Source of the DNA: Candidatus Calditenuaceae archaeon
GTDB taxonomy: Archaea > Thermoproteota > Nitrososphaeria_A > Caldarchaeales > Calditenuaceae
Length of the DNA: 64,000 nucleotides
Assembly: GCA_025059595.1 (NCBI GenBank)
Contig: JANXDI010000015.1
Location: 25,872-89,871, forward strand
Reading direction: 5' to 3'
The position numbers and the translations under genes were made by a program. The notes under the pieces are model-generated. The model saw nothing but the letters and a program-made list of their open reading frames with translations, was not told the origin of the DNA and did no database searches. Numbering within the stretch: the first letter of the stretch is position 1; each line of letters starts with the position of its first letter. Below are positions 1 through 9,235 of the stretch, one piece after another.

Positions 1-2
1 CT

Positions 3-356
3 ATAATTGGATTGGAAGTGGCCTCGCGTATACGTGGAGGCCTGCTGATTCTCAACAGCGTCTCTCTCGCAGTTCTAATGCGGACATCAATTATGGCCGC
101 CGCTACTTTCCTACTATATTACTACCTCTTCCCAAACGTCTATCTGCCCTTCTCGCGGAGAGTTCTCGGCGGAATAGGCATCTCAGTAGAGTCAGACTTG
201 ACGCTAGCGGCAGTCATGGTTGTATTCACGTCAATCTTCAACATCTTACATGTCTTCTTAACAGTCATTCCAGCCTATGCCATCTACAACCGAGTAGTGA
301 TGTCACTTCCTCAACTTCCGACGAGACGACCCGTATTAAGAGGCCAGCCAAGCTGA
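3..356 (+). CDS. Membrane protein, C-terminal part (5' end outside window); possibly ECF transporter S component
   Basis: Frame is open from the window start. Hydrophobic helices with 'RTSIMAAAT...FNILH' resemble archaeal ECF S components. Confidence 0.45.
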   Translation: MIGLEVASRIRGGLLILNSVSLAVLMRTSIMAAATFLLYYYLFPNVYLPFSRRVLGGIGISVESDLTLAAVMVVFTSIFNILHVFLTVIPAYAIYNRVVMSLPQLPTRRPVLRGQPS

Positions 357-420
357 CATAGCAATTCACCTTACCCCTCCGCGTAAAAACATAATAGCTG
401 CTCTGCCTTTTTCCTGATTA

Positions 421-476
421 GCGATGATGAGTTTGCCGAGTGCGGATGCGTGAAGAGCCCTGAAGTTATCTGAGCC
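421..476 (+). ncRNA. Box C/D methylation-guide sRNA; both guides complementary to 23S rRNA
   Basis: C box ATGATGA 424-430; 12-nt guide GTTTGCCGAGTG; D' CGGA 443-446; C' GTGAAGA 450-456; 13-nt guide GCCCTGAAGTTAT; D CTGA 470-473. Guides are complementary to conserved LSU rRNA ACUCGGCAAA and GUAACUUCGGG. Confidence 0.85.
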
Positions 477-488
477 GGAAACAAAGGG

Positions 489-1523
489 GTGGTAGACCTG
501 TCAGTCGACTTCGACAAAGAGGCAGCCATGGAGTGGCTGAGAAAGGTATCACCTCGCCGAGTGCTAATTCAGTCGCCGCTCGGCCTTAGAGCCTTGGCTG
601 AGAGGCTTGATAAATTTGTCAAGGAGTGGGGAGCAGAGTCCTTCATTTCCTCGAGCCCGACTTGGGGTGGATGCGATATTGCAGTCGAGGAAGCAAAGAG
701 GGTGGGGGCAGAAGGAATTATACACATAGGGCACGCCCCCTTCCTATCACAGACAGAGCTTCCAGTCCTATACATTGAGGCACGTTACAGAGACTACAAA
801 CCATTAAAGGACATGGTCGAATCCGTAGCGTCTGCTTTAGGAAACCACAAGAGAGTTGGAGTCGGGTTCACTGTACAGTGGCTCGACCATCTCGCAAGGT
901 TCATGAACGACCTGTCAGCCAAAGGGTTCGCGGTCTTAGCCGGAGAGCCTGGCGGTCATCTATCACATAGGGGCCAGATTTTGGGATGCGACTACACCTC
1001 CTTAAAATCCATCGAGCCGCTCGTTGATTGCTTCCTAGTCGTAGGGTCCGTCTTCCATGCTCTTGGAGCGGCACTAGTCTCCGAGAAGCCGACACTCATG
1101 GTTGACCCTCACACACAACGTGTGGAGTGGATGGGTGATAAGGCTAAAAGAATCCTCGCATCGCGATACCACATGATTACAAGGTTCCAAAGAGCTAGAA
1201 GGGTCGCCATCATCGTAAGCCGAAAACCCGGGCAGTATCTGATGGGGCTCGCCCAAAAACTCAAAAAACTATTAAACGACAAGGGCATGGAGGCAGCCAT
1301 CATCGTCTCTGATGAAATAACCACAGAAAACTTGTCAGACTTCAGCTTCGACGCCTACGTAAACACAGCCTGCCCTCGGCTCAGCATCGAAGACCAAGCT
1401 CGCTTCTCAAAACCTCTTCTCCTACCAGTTGAGGTACTCGTAGCCCTAGAAGAGATCAGCTGGGACGAGGTCTTAAGGAACGGCCTCCTCCTAAACATGA
1501 GTCTAAAATCTTCAATCACATGA
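489..1523 (+). CDS. dph2: Diphthamide biosynthesis protein Dph2 (2-(3-amino-3-carboxypropyl)histidine synthase)
   Basis: Motifs WGGCD, HIGH, GQILGCD, KPGQ and NTACPR supply the three Fe-S cysteines. Confidence 0.93.
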   Translation: MVDLSVDFDKEAAMEWLRKVSPRRVLIQSPLGLRALAERLDKFVKEWGAESFISSSPTWGGCDIAVEEAKRVGAEGIIHIGHAPFLSQTELPVLYIEARYRDYKPLKDMVESVASALGNHKRVGVGFTVQWLDHLARFMNDLSAKGFAVLAGEPGGHLSHRGQILGCDYTSLKSIEPLVDCFLVVGSVFHALGAALVSEKPTLMVDPHTQRVEWMGDKAKRILASRYHMITRFQRARRVAIIVSRKPGQYLMGLAQKLKKLLNDKGMEAAIIVSDEITTENLSDFSFDAYVNTACPRLSIEDQARFSKPLLLPVEVLVALEEISWDEVLRNGLLLNMSLKSSIT

Positions 1524-1603
1524 GCCCATCAGTCACGAATCTAAACATATTCGAGAACTTAGAGAAAAAAACTTATTTATCATTAAGCATCCGAATTAGC
1601 GGG

Positions 1604-2356
1604 ATGGCGAGGGAAGTCGTTGTAGAGACTGAAGGCTTGAAAAAAGTCTATAAGCTTGGGAAGATAGATGTCATGGCGCTTTCGGGAGTCGACCTAAAGA
1701 TTTATCGCGGTGAGTATATCTCGATAATGGGTCCTTCAGGCTCGGGAAAGACTACTCTTTTCAACATGATAGGCGGCCTCGACAAGCCCACTGAGGGGAC
1801 CGTTTATGTGGACGGTGTCGATATCTCTAAGCTAGACTCCTACGAGCTGGCTTGGCTGAGGAACAGGAAGATTGGATACATTTTCCAGACTTTCAACCTC
1901 ATCCCCACCCTCACGGCGCTGGAGAATGTAATGCTTCCTATGATATTTGCCGGCGTCGCGAGAGAGGATAGGTTTAGGAAGGCTCAGGAGCTCCTTGAGA
2001 CCGTTGGGCTCGGCGACAGGCTGCACCATAGACCCATGGAGCTTTCGGGTGGTCAGCAGCAGAGGGTAGCCATAGCGAGGGCTCTTGCGAACGACCCAAG
2101 CATCGTGCTAGCCGACGAGCCAACAGGAAACCTCGACCTGAGGACAGGGCGGCAGATAATTGACCTGCTGAAACAGCTTAACCTCGAGAGGAAAGTTACA
2201 GTAATTGCAGCCACTCATGACTTGAAGATGATTGATGTCTCCGACCGTATCCTTTGGATACGCGACGGTAAGATTGAGAGAGAGGAGCAGAGAGAGGCTG
2301 TGAGAGTCAGAGTTGGCGAAATAGAGGTCGGAGAGGGTCAGGAGGACCAAAAATAG
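1604..2356 (+). CDS. ABC transporter ATP-binding protein, MacB/LolD family
   Basis: Walker A GPSGSGKT, LSGGQQQR, ADEPTGNLD, ATHD. ATG at 1604 preferred over track start 1520 because a TATA-like element lies at ~1572. Confidence 0.92.
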   Translation: MAREVVVETEGLKKVYKLGKIDVMALSGVDLKIYRGEYISIMGPSGSGKTTLFNMIGGLDKPTEGTVYVDGVDISKLDSYELAWLRNRKIGYIFQTFNLIPTLTALENVMLPMIFAGVAREDRFRKAQELLETVGLGDRLHHRPMELSGGQQQRVAIARALANDPSIVLADEPTGNLDLRTGRQIIDLLKQLNLERKVTVIAATHDLKMIDVSDRILWIRDGKIEREEQREAVRVRVGEIEVGEGQEDQK

Positions 2357-2383
2357 CAGTTGAAGCCATAGCGGGTTTCGGCA

Positions 2384-3727
2384 TCATCTGTGGCGATGTG
2401 TGTATAATATCAAGAACAAGAGTATGTTGGATAGTGCTACACCAGCGTAAGCGGCTAAGTCAATAGGAACCAAGCGGGCTAAGAGAAATGCGAGTCCGGA
2501 ACATAGAAGGGGATAGACGCGTCTCATTCCCTTTTCGGGGAATGTGTCTGGATATGGAACTATGAAGAATGCTAAAAATCCGAAAAGCGGATTTGTTAGA
2601 TACTTGAAGGCTGCTGAGGAAAATAGTAAGATAGCCTCAGGCGGTGTTAATTCGAGATGGGTCAACTGCTCGGGAATGAAGAGTGTCATCCATGAGAAGA
2701 TATAGAGTAGAACTATGTCCATGGATTTACTTAAGGCGGCCCTCGCAAACCCTAATAGTAGAAATATTGTAAAGAATGTGTAGAGGTTGTATGCTCCCCA
2801 CCGTGAAGCTGCGAGTGAAGGTGAAGAGATGATAAGTAAAAGAGTCATCGAGATCGCTATGTGGTTCAGCCTCGGCCCACCCTCAAGCTTAAAAATTCTC
2901 GATGAGAGTAAGCTAAATAGGACCAGAAAAACTGCACTCACATAAGACATGCTTAGCGACATGGAGGCCAGTATTGCCACTGCGACCCCGTCCAGCAAAT
3001 TCTCAACCAGCCTGCCCTCAAAAATCGAGAAGAAGAAGGATAGCCCAACAGCCGTAAATAGAGTAACGCCGAAGACGTATACGTCGAGGCTGTAGCCTGT
3101 AATGACTCCGTAAGCGAGGATGGGAACCAGCATCACCGCGGGTGACTCGAGATATAACAGCCATGCTTCTCTATCGCTCTTAGATTCAAAAGCCGTCTTT
3201 AAGAGCTGGCCGAGCGTGCCGCTCCGGAGAAGTAGGAGAACTAGCGGGAGGTAAGCCGCGATATTTAGGAAAAAGTGAAGATGTATCATGTTGAAGAGTT
3301 TGCCTATTATTCCTGTGCAGGGCGTACAGCCAGTTGTTAGGAACTGCTGCATGCGTACTGAGTGTTCAATCACGTGATAGGACTGGATCGCGAACCCCGC
3401 GATGAATAACGCGGAAACAACTTTATGCCCACCCCAACTCGTCGTAGACCAGAACCTCAGCCTTACGAAAATAATGACGAGAAAGACAAGATAGAGCGAG
3501 TTAAAGAGGAAGTGGTTCCACTCTAGGTCCAAGAAGAATAAGAGACCATTTGCTAGTTTAGGCGGCAATCCTAGGACCATATGCTGGTAAAGCTGGACAC
3601 TGTGTTCAAGCATGTGTAGGGTCTGCGCAACGAAGGCCGTTAACGCAACAACGTAGGCGACATGATCTTGGTGAAGAGAGGTAGTGATAGGACTGTATGT
3701 TTGAGCATCAGCAAATTTATCCTTCAT
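2384..3727 (-). CDS. Polytopic membrane protein: His-rich N-terminal domain (DUF6008-like) fused to an RnfD/NqrB-like (UnbU-like) domain
   Basis: Twice-repeated Q-x-x-H-x-x-E-H plus HF-x-x-N motifs in helices. C-terminal 'SRIFK...LNHIA...W...AFFIVPYPDTFP' recalls RnfD-like/UnbU proteins. Overlaps the upstream gene by 11 nt. Confidence 0.5.
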   Translation of the reverse strand: MKDKFADAQTYSPITTSLHQDHVAYVVALTAFVAQTLHMLEHSVQLYQHMVLGLPPKLANGLLFFLDLEWNHFLFNSLYLVFLVIIFVRLRFWSTTSWGGHKVVSALFIAGFAIQSYHVIEHSVRMQQFLTTGCTPCTGIIGKLFNMIHLHFFLNIAAYLPLVLLLLRSGTLGQLLKTAFESKSDREAWLLYLESPAVMLVPILAYGVITGYSLDVYVFGVTLFTAVGLSFFFSIFEGRLVENLLDGVAVAILASMSLSMSYVSAVFLVLFSLLSSRIFKLEGGPRLNHIAISMTLLLIISSPSLAASRWGAYNLYTFFTIFLLLGFARAALSKSMDIVLLYIFSWMTLFIPEQLTHLELTPPEAILLFSSAAFKYLTNPLFGFLAFFIVPYPDTFPEKGMRRVYPLLCSGLAFLLARLVPIDLAAYAGVALSNILLFLILYTHRHR

Positions 3728-5384
3728 GCTCCAACAGACCTCCCGACACGCGGCACCCCCCTTGTTCGACGATATATACCACGCTGTTAACTGGTAAATC
3801 TCTGTATTCTTCGACTACGCCACTGGGCCAAAAGACCGTCAACCTGTCTATCTTACCGGCTCTTCCAAGGCCGAAGTACAGCCACGGGCCGTTATCAGAT
3901 AGGAACGAGATACCCTTCGCCACAGATTGTCTATAGACTTTCCCAACGGCCTCTATCTCAACGACCGCTCCCACTGCATCCCTGCTCGTCCTAAAGCCGC
4001 ATAAGCCGCAGAGCCAAGTGGTACCCTCAAGCCTGACTTGTACCCATCTGTTCTCAGTTTTGTTTGAAAGCACGTTCTTGTATAATATGGGGTAGCCTAA
4101 GAGGTCATAAATAAGGAGGTCCACGCCGCCGTCGAGATCTAAGTCAACACACGCTAGCCCTCTGGCGTTTCCATGTCTCGCGAGCCCCGAGTGCCACGTG
4201 GCGTCGTAGAAGAAAGGCCCGATATTGTAGAACAGTTTGTTTATCTGGTTTACGGGCCTGTCGGTCCTGACGCCTATCTTTCCATTAGCCATCACGACGT
4301 CGAGTAATCCGTTATTGTCGATGTCCACGATGCATACTCCCCATCCGACTTGATATGGATCGGAAATCCTCAGTCTAGGTGCAACGTCTGTGAAGTAATC
4401 TCCCGTATACTTTAGCAATAGATTATCGTCATAATTCGTTACAGCTATCTCCCAATATCCATCAAAATCCAAATCTCCGTATGCAACACCCATCCATTGA
4501 CCGACCCTTTCCACACCCGTGAGTGATGAGACTCTTGTGAATTTCTCCCCGCCCTCGTTCTTATAAAGCCTAGTATATCCGAAATCGTTTGCGAGGAATA
4601 AGTCGGGGAATCTGTCACCATCATAGTCTAGGAACACGGGCTGGAAGGTATAGCCGTAGTCGACAACACCGTAGTCTTCCGCCATTTCCGTGAAGCTTCC
4701 GTCGCAGTTGTTGATGAAGAGCTGGTTACCTGCACCTTGACCGAAAATAGAGCCCTCCCTCACAGAGCGGAGATTTATGTAATATCCCACATAAAGGTCT
4801 AAGCACCCATCCCTATTCACGTCTGCCCAAGCAGTTCCTGCGGCGTATTTTCCCCGACTAATCGCAAGGCCCGCCTCCTGAGTCACATCCTTGAAAGACC
4901 CGTTACCCAAATTCTTCAGCAACATAACGTTACCGGTAGGCAAGTCATAAAAAGTCAGGAGGAGAGATGGATACCCGCTGTTATCGTAATCCGCCCAAGT
5001 ACATGACATCCCTCTTTTACCAAGAATTTCATCCATCATCAAGCCAACCTCAACTGTCACATCGGTGAATCTGAAGGAATCATCATTTCGGAAAAGCCTG
5101 CCCGGGAGATTCCATCCCATAACGTACACATCTAAATCGCCGTCTCTATCGTAATCTCCCCAGCAAATTCCACCACCGGGGATCCAGACCACTTCTGGGT
5201 CTCTGACAACCTCGACATAGAGCCCTGACTCCTTCGTCGCGTCAACAAAATACGGCTTATCAGCTGGAAGATATATGTGAGAGGCCTGGTTGAAAAAGGT
5301 TGCGCCAGTTGTGGTGAGCCAGTAAACGATTAAGGTGAGAGAAAAAGCTAGTGCATAAATCTTGTTTATCTTAGGTCTGCTCAA
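3717..5384 (-). CDS. Secreted/membrane-anchored CRTAC1/ASPIC-UnbV family protein with FG-GAP (Ca-binding beta-propeller) repeats
   Basis: N-terminal hydrophobic segment; seven D-x-D/N-x-D/N-G-x-x-D-type repeats; C-terminal 'DAVGAVV...GISFLSDN...LYFGLG...VFWPSG' ASPIC/UnbV domain. Confidence 0.88.
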   Translation of the reverse strand: MSRPKINKIYALAFSLTLIVYWLTTTGATFFNQASHIYLPADKPYFVDATKESGLYVEVVRDPEVVWIPGGGICWGDYDRDGDLDVYVMGWNLPGRLFRNDDSFRFTDVTVEVGLMMDEILGKRGMSCTWADYDNSGYPSLLLTFYDLPTGNVMLLKNLGNGSFKDVTQEAGLAISRGKYAAGTAWADVNRDGCLDLYVGYYINLRSVREGSIFGQGAGNQLFINNCDGSFTEMAEDYGVVDYGYTFQPVFLDYDGDRFPDLFLANDFGYTRLYKNEGGEKFTRVSSLTGVERVGQWMGVAYGDLDFDGYWEIAVTNYDDNLLLKYTGDYFTDVAPRLRISDPYQVGWGVCIVDIDNNGLLDVVMANGKIGVRTDRPVNQINKLFYNIGPFFYDATWHSGLARHGNARGLACVDLDLDGGVDLLIYDLLGYPILYKNVLSNKTENRWVQVRLEGTTWLCGLCGFRTSRDAVGAVVEIEAVGKVYRQSVAKGISFLSDNGPWLYFGLGRAGKIDRLTVFWPSGVVEEYRDLPVNSVVYIVEQGGCRVSGGLLEHEG

Positions 5385-6367
5385 ACCTCTATTATCCTAC
5401 CGGAATTATGGGACTCGTTCGCTCTTATAGTGAGTTCTAAAGTCTTGTATGCGTCCGAGTATGGTGAGAGTATTCCGGAGGTGTCACCACTTTTAACAGC
5501 CTCAAAGAATACCCTGAGCTCCTCAAGGTAGGGATCAACAACACTTCTCACATCCTCCACCCTGTTATTCCTATAGAAGACCGCTCTTCTCTGATGCCCC
5601 ACTATGTCCACAACCAAATCTCTAGCGAATATCCTTACAAAAGTCTCCTGCAGTGTATTTGCACTTCTCCAAGTTGCCACAACCGTCGAAGCCACTCCAC
5701 TCTTGTGCCTGATCGTGATGACGGATGAGTCCTCGACATCGGAGGTCCCGTCCTTGGAGAGCCTCCTCTCAAGCCGCGCAAAGACCGAAACTGCTTCACC
5801 TGCAAAGTATCTTATAAGGTCGATGGTGTGTGTCGCCTGCTCGATTATCTGCCCACCGCTCAGGGACTTCTTAAGCCACCAGTGACCTGGTGGGAAGTTC
5901 GCCGCCCAAACATATTGGCCATAAATCATCCCGATGCTATCCGGGCTCGGTAACTCTTTCTTTGCAAGCTGAACCACGTCAAGGTATCTCCACATATATC
6001 CGACACTGTTTACTACTCCTGTCTTCTCGATTTTCCTGAGAATTCTTGAGGCGAGGTCCAAGTCTATGGCTATCGGCTTCTCGATGAAAAGGTGAACTCC
6101 GTAGTCGAGCAACTCCTCCTCAAACCCATGCGCATTGGGTGGAACCGCGATTATCGCCGCTTCTGGACGAAGCTCAGCCACGGCTTTGACAGGGTCGGTA
6201 TACACGCTGCACCCAAACCTGTCTGCGAAATCCTCAGCTCTCTCCTTCACAACATCTACACACCCGACCACGCGGGCCAAATCTCTCAAGGGAGAAAGAC
6301 ATCTTGCATGGACATTCATTATTCCGCCACATCCAATTAGAACAACCGATACCTGTGCCATACCCAA
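5381..6367 (-). CDS. Gfo/Idh/MocA family oxidoreductase
   Basis: Rossmann GCGGI, EKP motif, 'SGGQIIEQATHTID'. Confidence 0.9.
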   Translation of the reverse strand: MGMAQVSVVLIGCGGIMNVHARCLSPLRDLARVVGCVDVVKERAEDFADRFGCSVYTDPVKAVAELRPEAAIIAVPPNAHGFEEELLDYGVHLFIEKPIAIDLDLASRILRKIEKTGVVNSVGYMWRYLDVVQLAKKELPSPDSIGMIYGQYVWAANFPPGHWWLKKSLSGGQIIEQATHTIDLIRYFAGEAVSVFARLERRLSKDGTSDVEDSSVITIRHKSGVASTVVATWRSANTLQETFVRIFARDLVVDIVGHQRRAVFYRNNRVEDVRSVVDPYLEELRVFFEAVKSGDTSGILSPYSDAYKTLELTIRANESHNSGRIIEV

Positions 6368-6370
6368 ACA

Positions 6371-7159
6371 TCACCTGTAGCGAGAAATAAATTCTACGAA
6401 TTTACGGAGCTCCGAGAGGGGGTCACCGGGAATTCTACACTCTAGGGAAAAATACTTGTCATATCCCTTGGAAAGTAGCGTTCTAATGGGTGTGAAATCT
6501 GTATGCCCGTATCCTGGAAGAACCCGGTTGCTGTCGGCTAAATGGACATGAACTATGTATTTCGAGGCCTTTAAGAGTGCCTCGGAGACGTTACTCTCCT
6601 CAATGTTCATGTGGAAGAAATCTGCCATCAGCCTCAGACCTGCCGAGCCAACCTCTTCGACTATCTCCAAGCCTTGCTCAAGCCTGTTTATGAGGTGCGT
6701 CTCATATCTGTTCAGGGGTTCGAGAATCGCGCAGACACCTTGGTTCTCCCCCTCCTTTGCCAAGACTTTACATTCAGAGACGAGCAACCTCTTCTCCAAG
6801 TCAACGACACTAGGGTATAGTGGTGAGAGGTCGGGAAGCTTAGGTCCTCCAAAGGTTGGGACAAAAATGACTCCCACCGCACCTATTTCGCTCGCCCACT
6901 TAAGCCTCTGAATTATCCCTTCAATCGCTTCCTGCCGCATCTTAGTTTCGGGGCTCAACAGGTCTCCCCCATAACCGGCGCAGATAACTGAAGGCCTCAC
7001 CTTATATGACGCGAACGCCTCTTTCACTTCTCTGATTTTCTCGCCGAGCTGCTGCCTCCCCCAAAGCTCTATTCCAACGAAACCAAGCTTTTCGAGGTTT
7101 TCAAGCTTCTTAGATAGCGTATCGCCAGGCACTAAATGATCTTGACACGAAAGATTCAC
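6371..7159 (-). CDS. Sugar phosphate isomerase/epimerase (xylose isomerase-like TIM barrel)
   Basis: EPLNRYE, DFFHMNIEE, HLADSNR, PGYGHTDF, SLEC. Confidence 0.88.
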   Translation of the reverse strand: MNLSCQDHLVPGDTLSKKLENLEKLGFVGIELWGRQQLGEKIREVKEAFASYKVRPSVICAGYGGDLLSPETKMRQEAIEGIIQRLKWASEIGAVGVIFVPTFGGPKLPDLSPLYPSVVDLEKRLLVSECKVLAKEGENQGVCAILEPLNRYETHLINRLEQGLEIVEEVGSAGLRLMADFFHMNIEESNVSEALLKASKYIVHVHLADSNRVLPGYGHTDFTPIRTLLSKGYDKYFSLECRIPGDPLSELRKFVEFISRYR

Positions 7160-7197
7160 GCCAGCAAACTATTAAGTCTTAGATATAATAGTTTCAG

Positions 7198-9105
7198 CTA
7201 CCACGGCCAAACCCAAGAAGCCTTCGTAAGCAGAGTTAAGGAGATGCCGACTCCAACCGTGATTCCCAAGCCTGAGAAGAAGCCAGCGATGAAGAAGTTT
7301 TTAGTAGCCTCCCACCTCTCCCTGCCAAATGACCTAGAAATTATTAGATTAGCGAGAAGCGACCCGATTAGTATCGTCAGAGCGTAGGGTGGCAGTATGA
7401 AGAATCCGAGAGCTATTGGGAATGTGGGGAAGGCTATTCCGATTTTCGGCAATACTGCTTCGAGCGAAACTATGCCGAGAGTTATTAGGGCACCTAAGCC
7501 AAGATGCTCAGGTATTACGGCGATTTGTCTCGTAGCGAAGAGGCTGTCGTTGGTGGCGTATATCGGCCAGTATATCATCGTGATTGGGTAGACGTTGGAC
7601 GGTATAGGCGATAGCCTCCAGAAGAAGTCCATGGCTATCAATCCAACTATGCCCACCAGCGCGAACGCGGCCGCAACCCCTATGAAATAGTGAGTTGGCC
7701 GCGTGGATGTGAGATAACTTACTTTACCGAGCTGTGTAAGGTATCCCGTGTATCCAAGGTTGATATATGGTGCGTAAACCCATCCGGCATACCCCTGATA
7801 GGGGGTGAAATAGACGATAACCTGCCACGGCCACGGAATCGCAGGGAAGTAACCGACCTCTCCAAGCGACCTAGCGGCGACCATCGCTATGAAGAAGCTT
7901 AATCCAAGAGAGGTGACGAGCGCAACCCAAAGGGGGAATCCCGGAACTAATACCATGAAGAGGACAACCGAGCCCAGAGAGGCGAACAGGAATAGAATCA
8001 GTGAGAATCTCAAAGGCAGGTCAGACTCGCTTGGCCGAATTATTGCCGATGCGAAAAGCCTAAGACTTCTGGCAAAGGTCTTGCGGTAGGCAAGTATTAA
8101 GGCTAGGGCTATTCCAATAATAAAGCCGAACTGAGGGCTAATCCACACTCTCTGGAAAGACCTCTGATAGATGGAGCCGATGGTCATCCCTTTGTAATAC
8201 TCTGAAAACCAGACGGGAAAGAAGTCTGGAACTGAAGTGAATATCGTGTTGGCCACAATCCAGATTGCGGAGGAGCCTATTAGAGTTGATACCGCCACCT
8301 TAATTGGCAACACCATCCCGAGGCCGAGCGTAAACGGGTCTGTTGCGATTCCAACGAGCGCACCTGGAATGTATTTTTCAGTCAGCCAGACGAAGTCAAA
8401 CCAAGGGATTGGGAGAAGTGGGACTCCGAGCAGGAAACCGGCGTAAGTCATGAAAGCGTATATGACGCCCGTGATTATTCCAAGTATGTATAATGACATC
8501 TGTTGCTCCTTTCTCTCTATGAGGACTCTTATCAAAGAGGCCTCCACATGTGCTAGAGGAAATCGCAGCTTCTCCTCCTTAACGAACATGTACGTGAACA
8601 TGATTGCAAGACCGATCTCCGCCACGGCGAACAACGCAAACGTCAATCCAGTCACGATTAGCCCCATTGCCCAATCAGGATGAAGAAGGGTTCTAAGCTG
8701 ATATACTGGCGAAAAAGTGGGTGGAGCCAGCCAAGTTGGGACCAACTGGTTTATCGGCACTCCATCGATCAAGAAATACTGCGTAATCGGGGTCGTCACG
8801 TAAAATGTCCTAAAAACTAACCAGTAGTAAGGGGGCAGAGTAGATGACATGATGGCGACGCTGCTGTATATGACAAATAGCTCCTGCTTCCTGAGAGGTA
8901 CTCCGAAGAACCTCGTCAACTCGGAGAAAAGAATGGCTATTATTGTAACAGCTATGGCTGGTGAAAGAGCCCCAGAAATCAAGTTCAGGTACAGAGAGAC
9001 TGGAATGAAAAGAACGGCCGCGGTCAATATGGCCAAAACCACCCTCCATGATAAGCCATATTCGAGAGCCTCAACCGGTGGAATTTCCTCTAGCCTAGTC
9101 ACCAA
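7198..9105 (-). CDS. OPT-superfamily-like transporter
   Basis: 635 aa with ~16-18 hydrophobic segments; 'GLSWRVVLA', 'EEKLRFPLA' and C-terminal 'AGFFSG' are OPT-like. Confidence 0.7.
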   Translation of the reverse strand: MVTRLEEIPPVEALEYGLSWRVVLAILTAAVLFIPVSLYLNLISGALSPAIAVTIIAILFSELTRFFGVPLRKQELFVIYSSVAIMSSTLPPYYWLVFRTFYVTTPITQYFLIDGVPINQLVPTWLAPPTFSPVYQLRTLLHPDWAMGLIVTGLTFALFAVAEIGLAIMFTYMFVKEEKLRFPLAHVEASLIRVLIERKEQQMSLYILGIITGVIYAFMTYAGFLLGVPLLPIPWFDFVWLTEKYIPGALVGIATDPFTLGLGMVLPIKVAVSTLIGSSAIWIVANTIFTSVPDFFPVWFSEYYKGMTIGSIYQRSFQRVWISPQFGFIIGIALALILAYRKTFARSLRLFASAIIRPSESDLPLRFSLILFLFASLGSVVLFMVLVPGFPLWVALVTSLGLSFFIAMVAARSLGEVGYFPAIPWPWQVIVYFTPYQGYAGWVYAPYINLGYTGYLTQLGKVSYLTSTRPTHYFIGVAAAFALVGIVGLIAMDFFWRLSPIPSNVYPITMIYWPIYATNDSLFATRQIAVIPEHLGLGALITLGIVSLEAVLPKIGIAFPTFPIALGFFILPPYALTILIGSLLANLIISRSFGRERWEATKNFFIAGFFSGLGITVGVGISLTLLTKASWVWPW

Positions 9106-9170
9106 TCCGAATACATCCTAATTGACTTCGACCAATTATTAAGTTTCTCTCTAATGACATAAAATCAGCG

Positions 9171-9208
9171 GCGTCCGGGAGCGTCCGGGACAAAAAAGTA
9201 TATATAAG
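9171..9208 (+). promoter_or_regulatory. Tandem 10-bp direct repeat directly upstream of a BRE/TATA box in the divergent promoter of the two OPT-like genes
   Basis: GCGTCCGGGA GCGTCCGGGA (9171-9190) followed by CAAAAAAGTATATATAAG, ~28 nt before ATG 9236. Confidence 0.55.
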
Positions 9209-9235
9209 AGCATAACGATTGGTACACCGAAAAAC

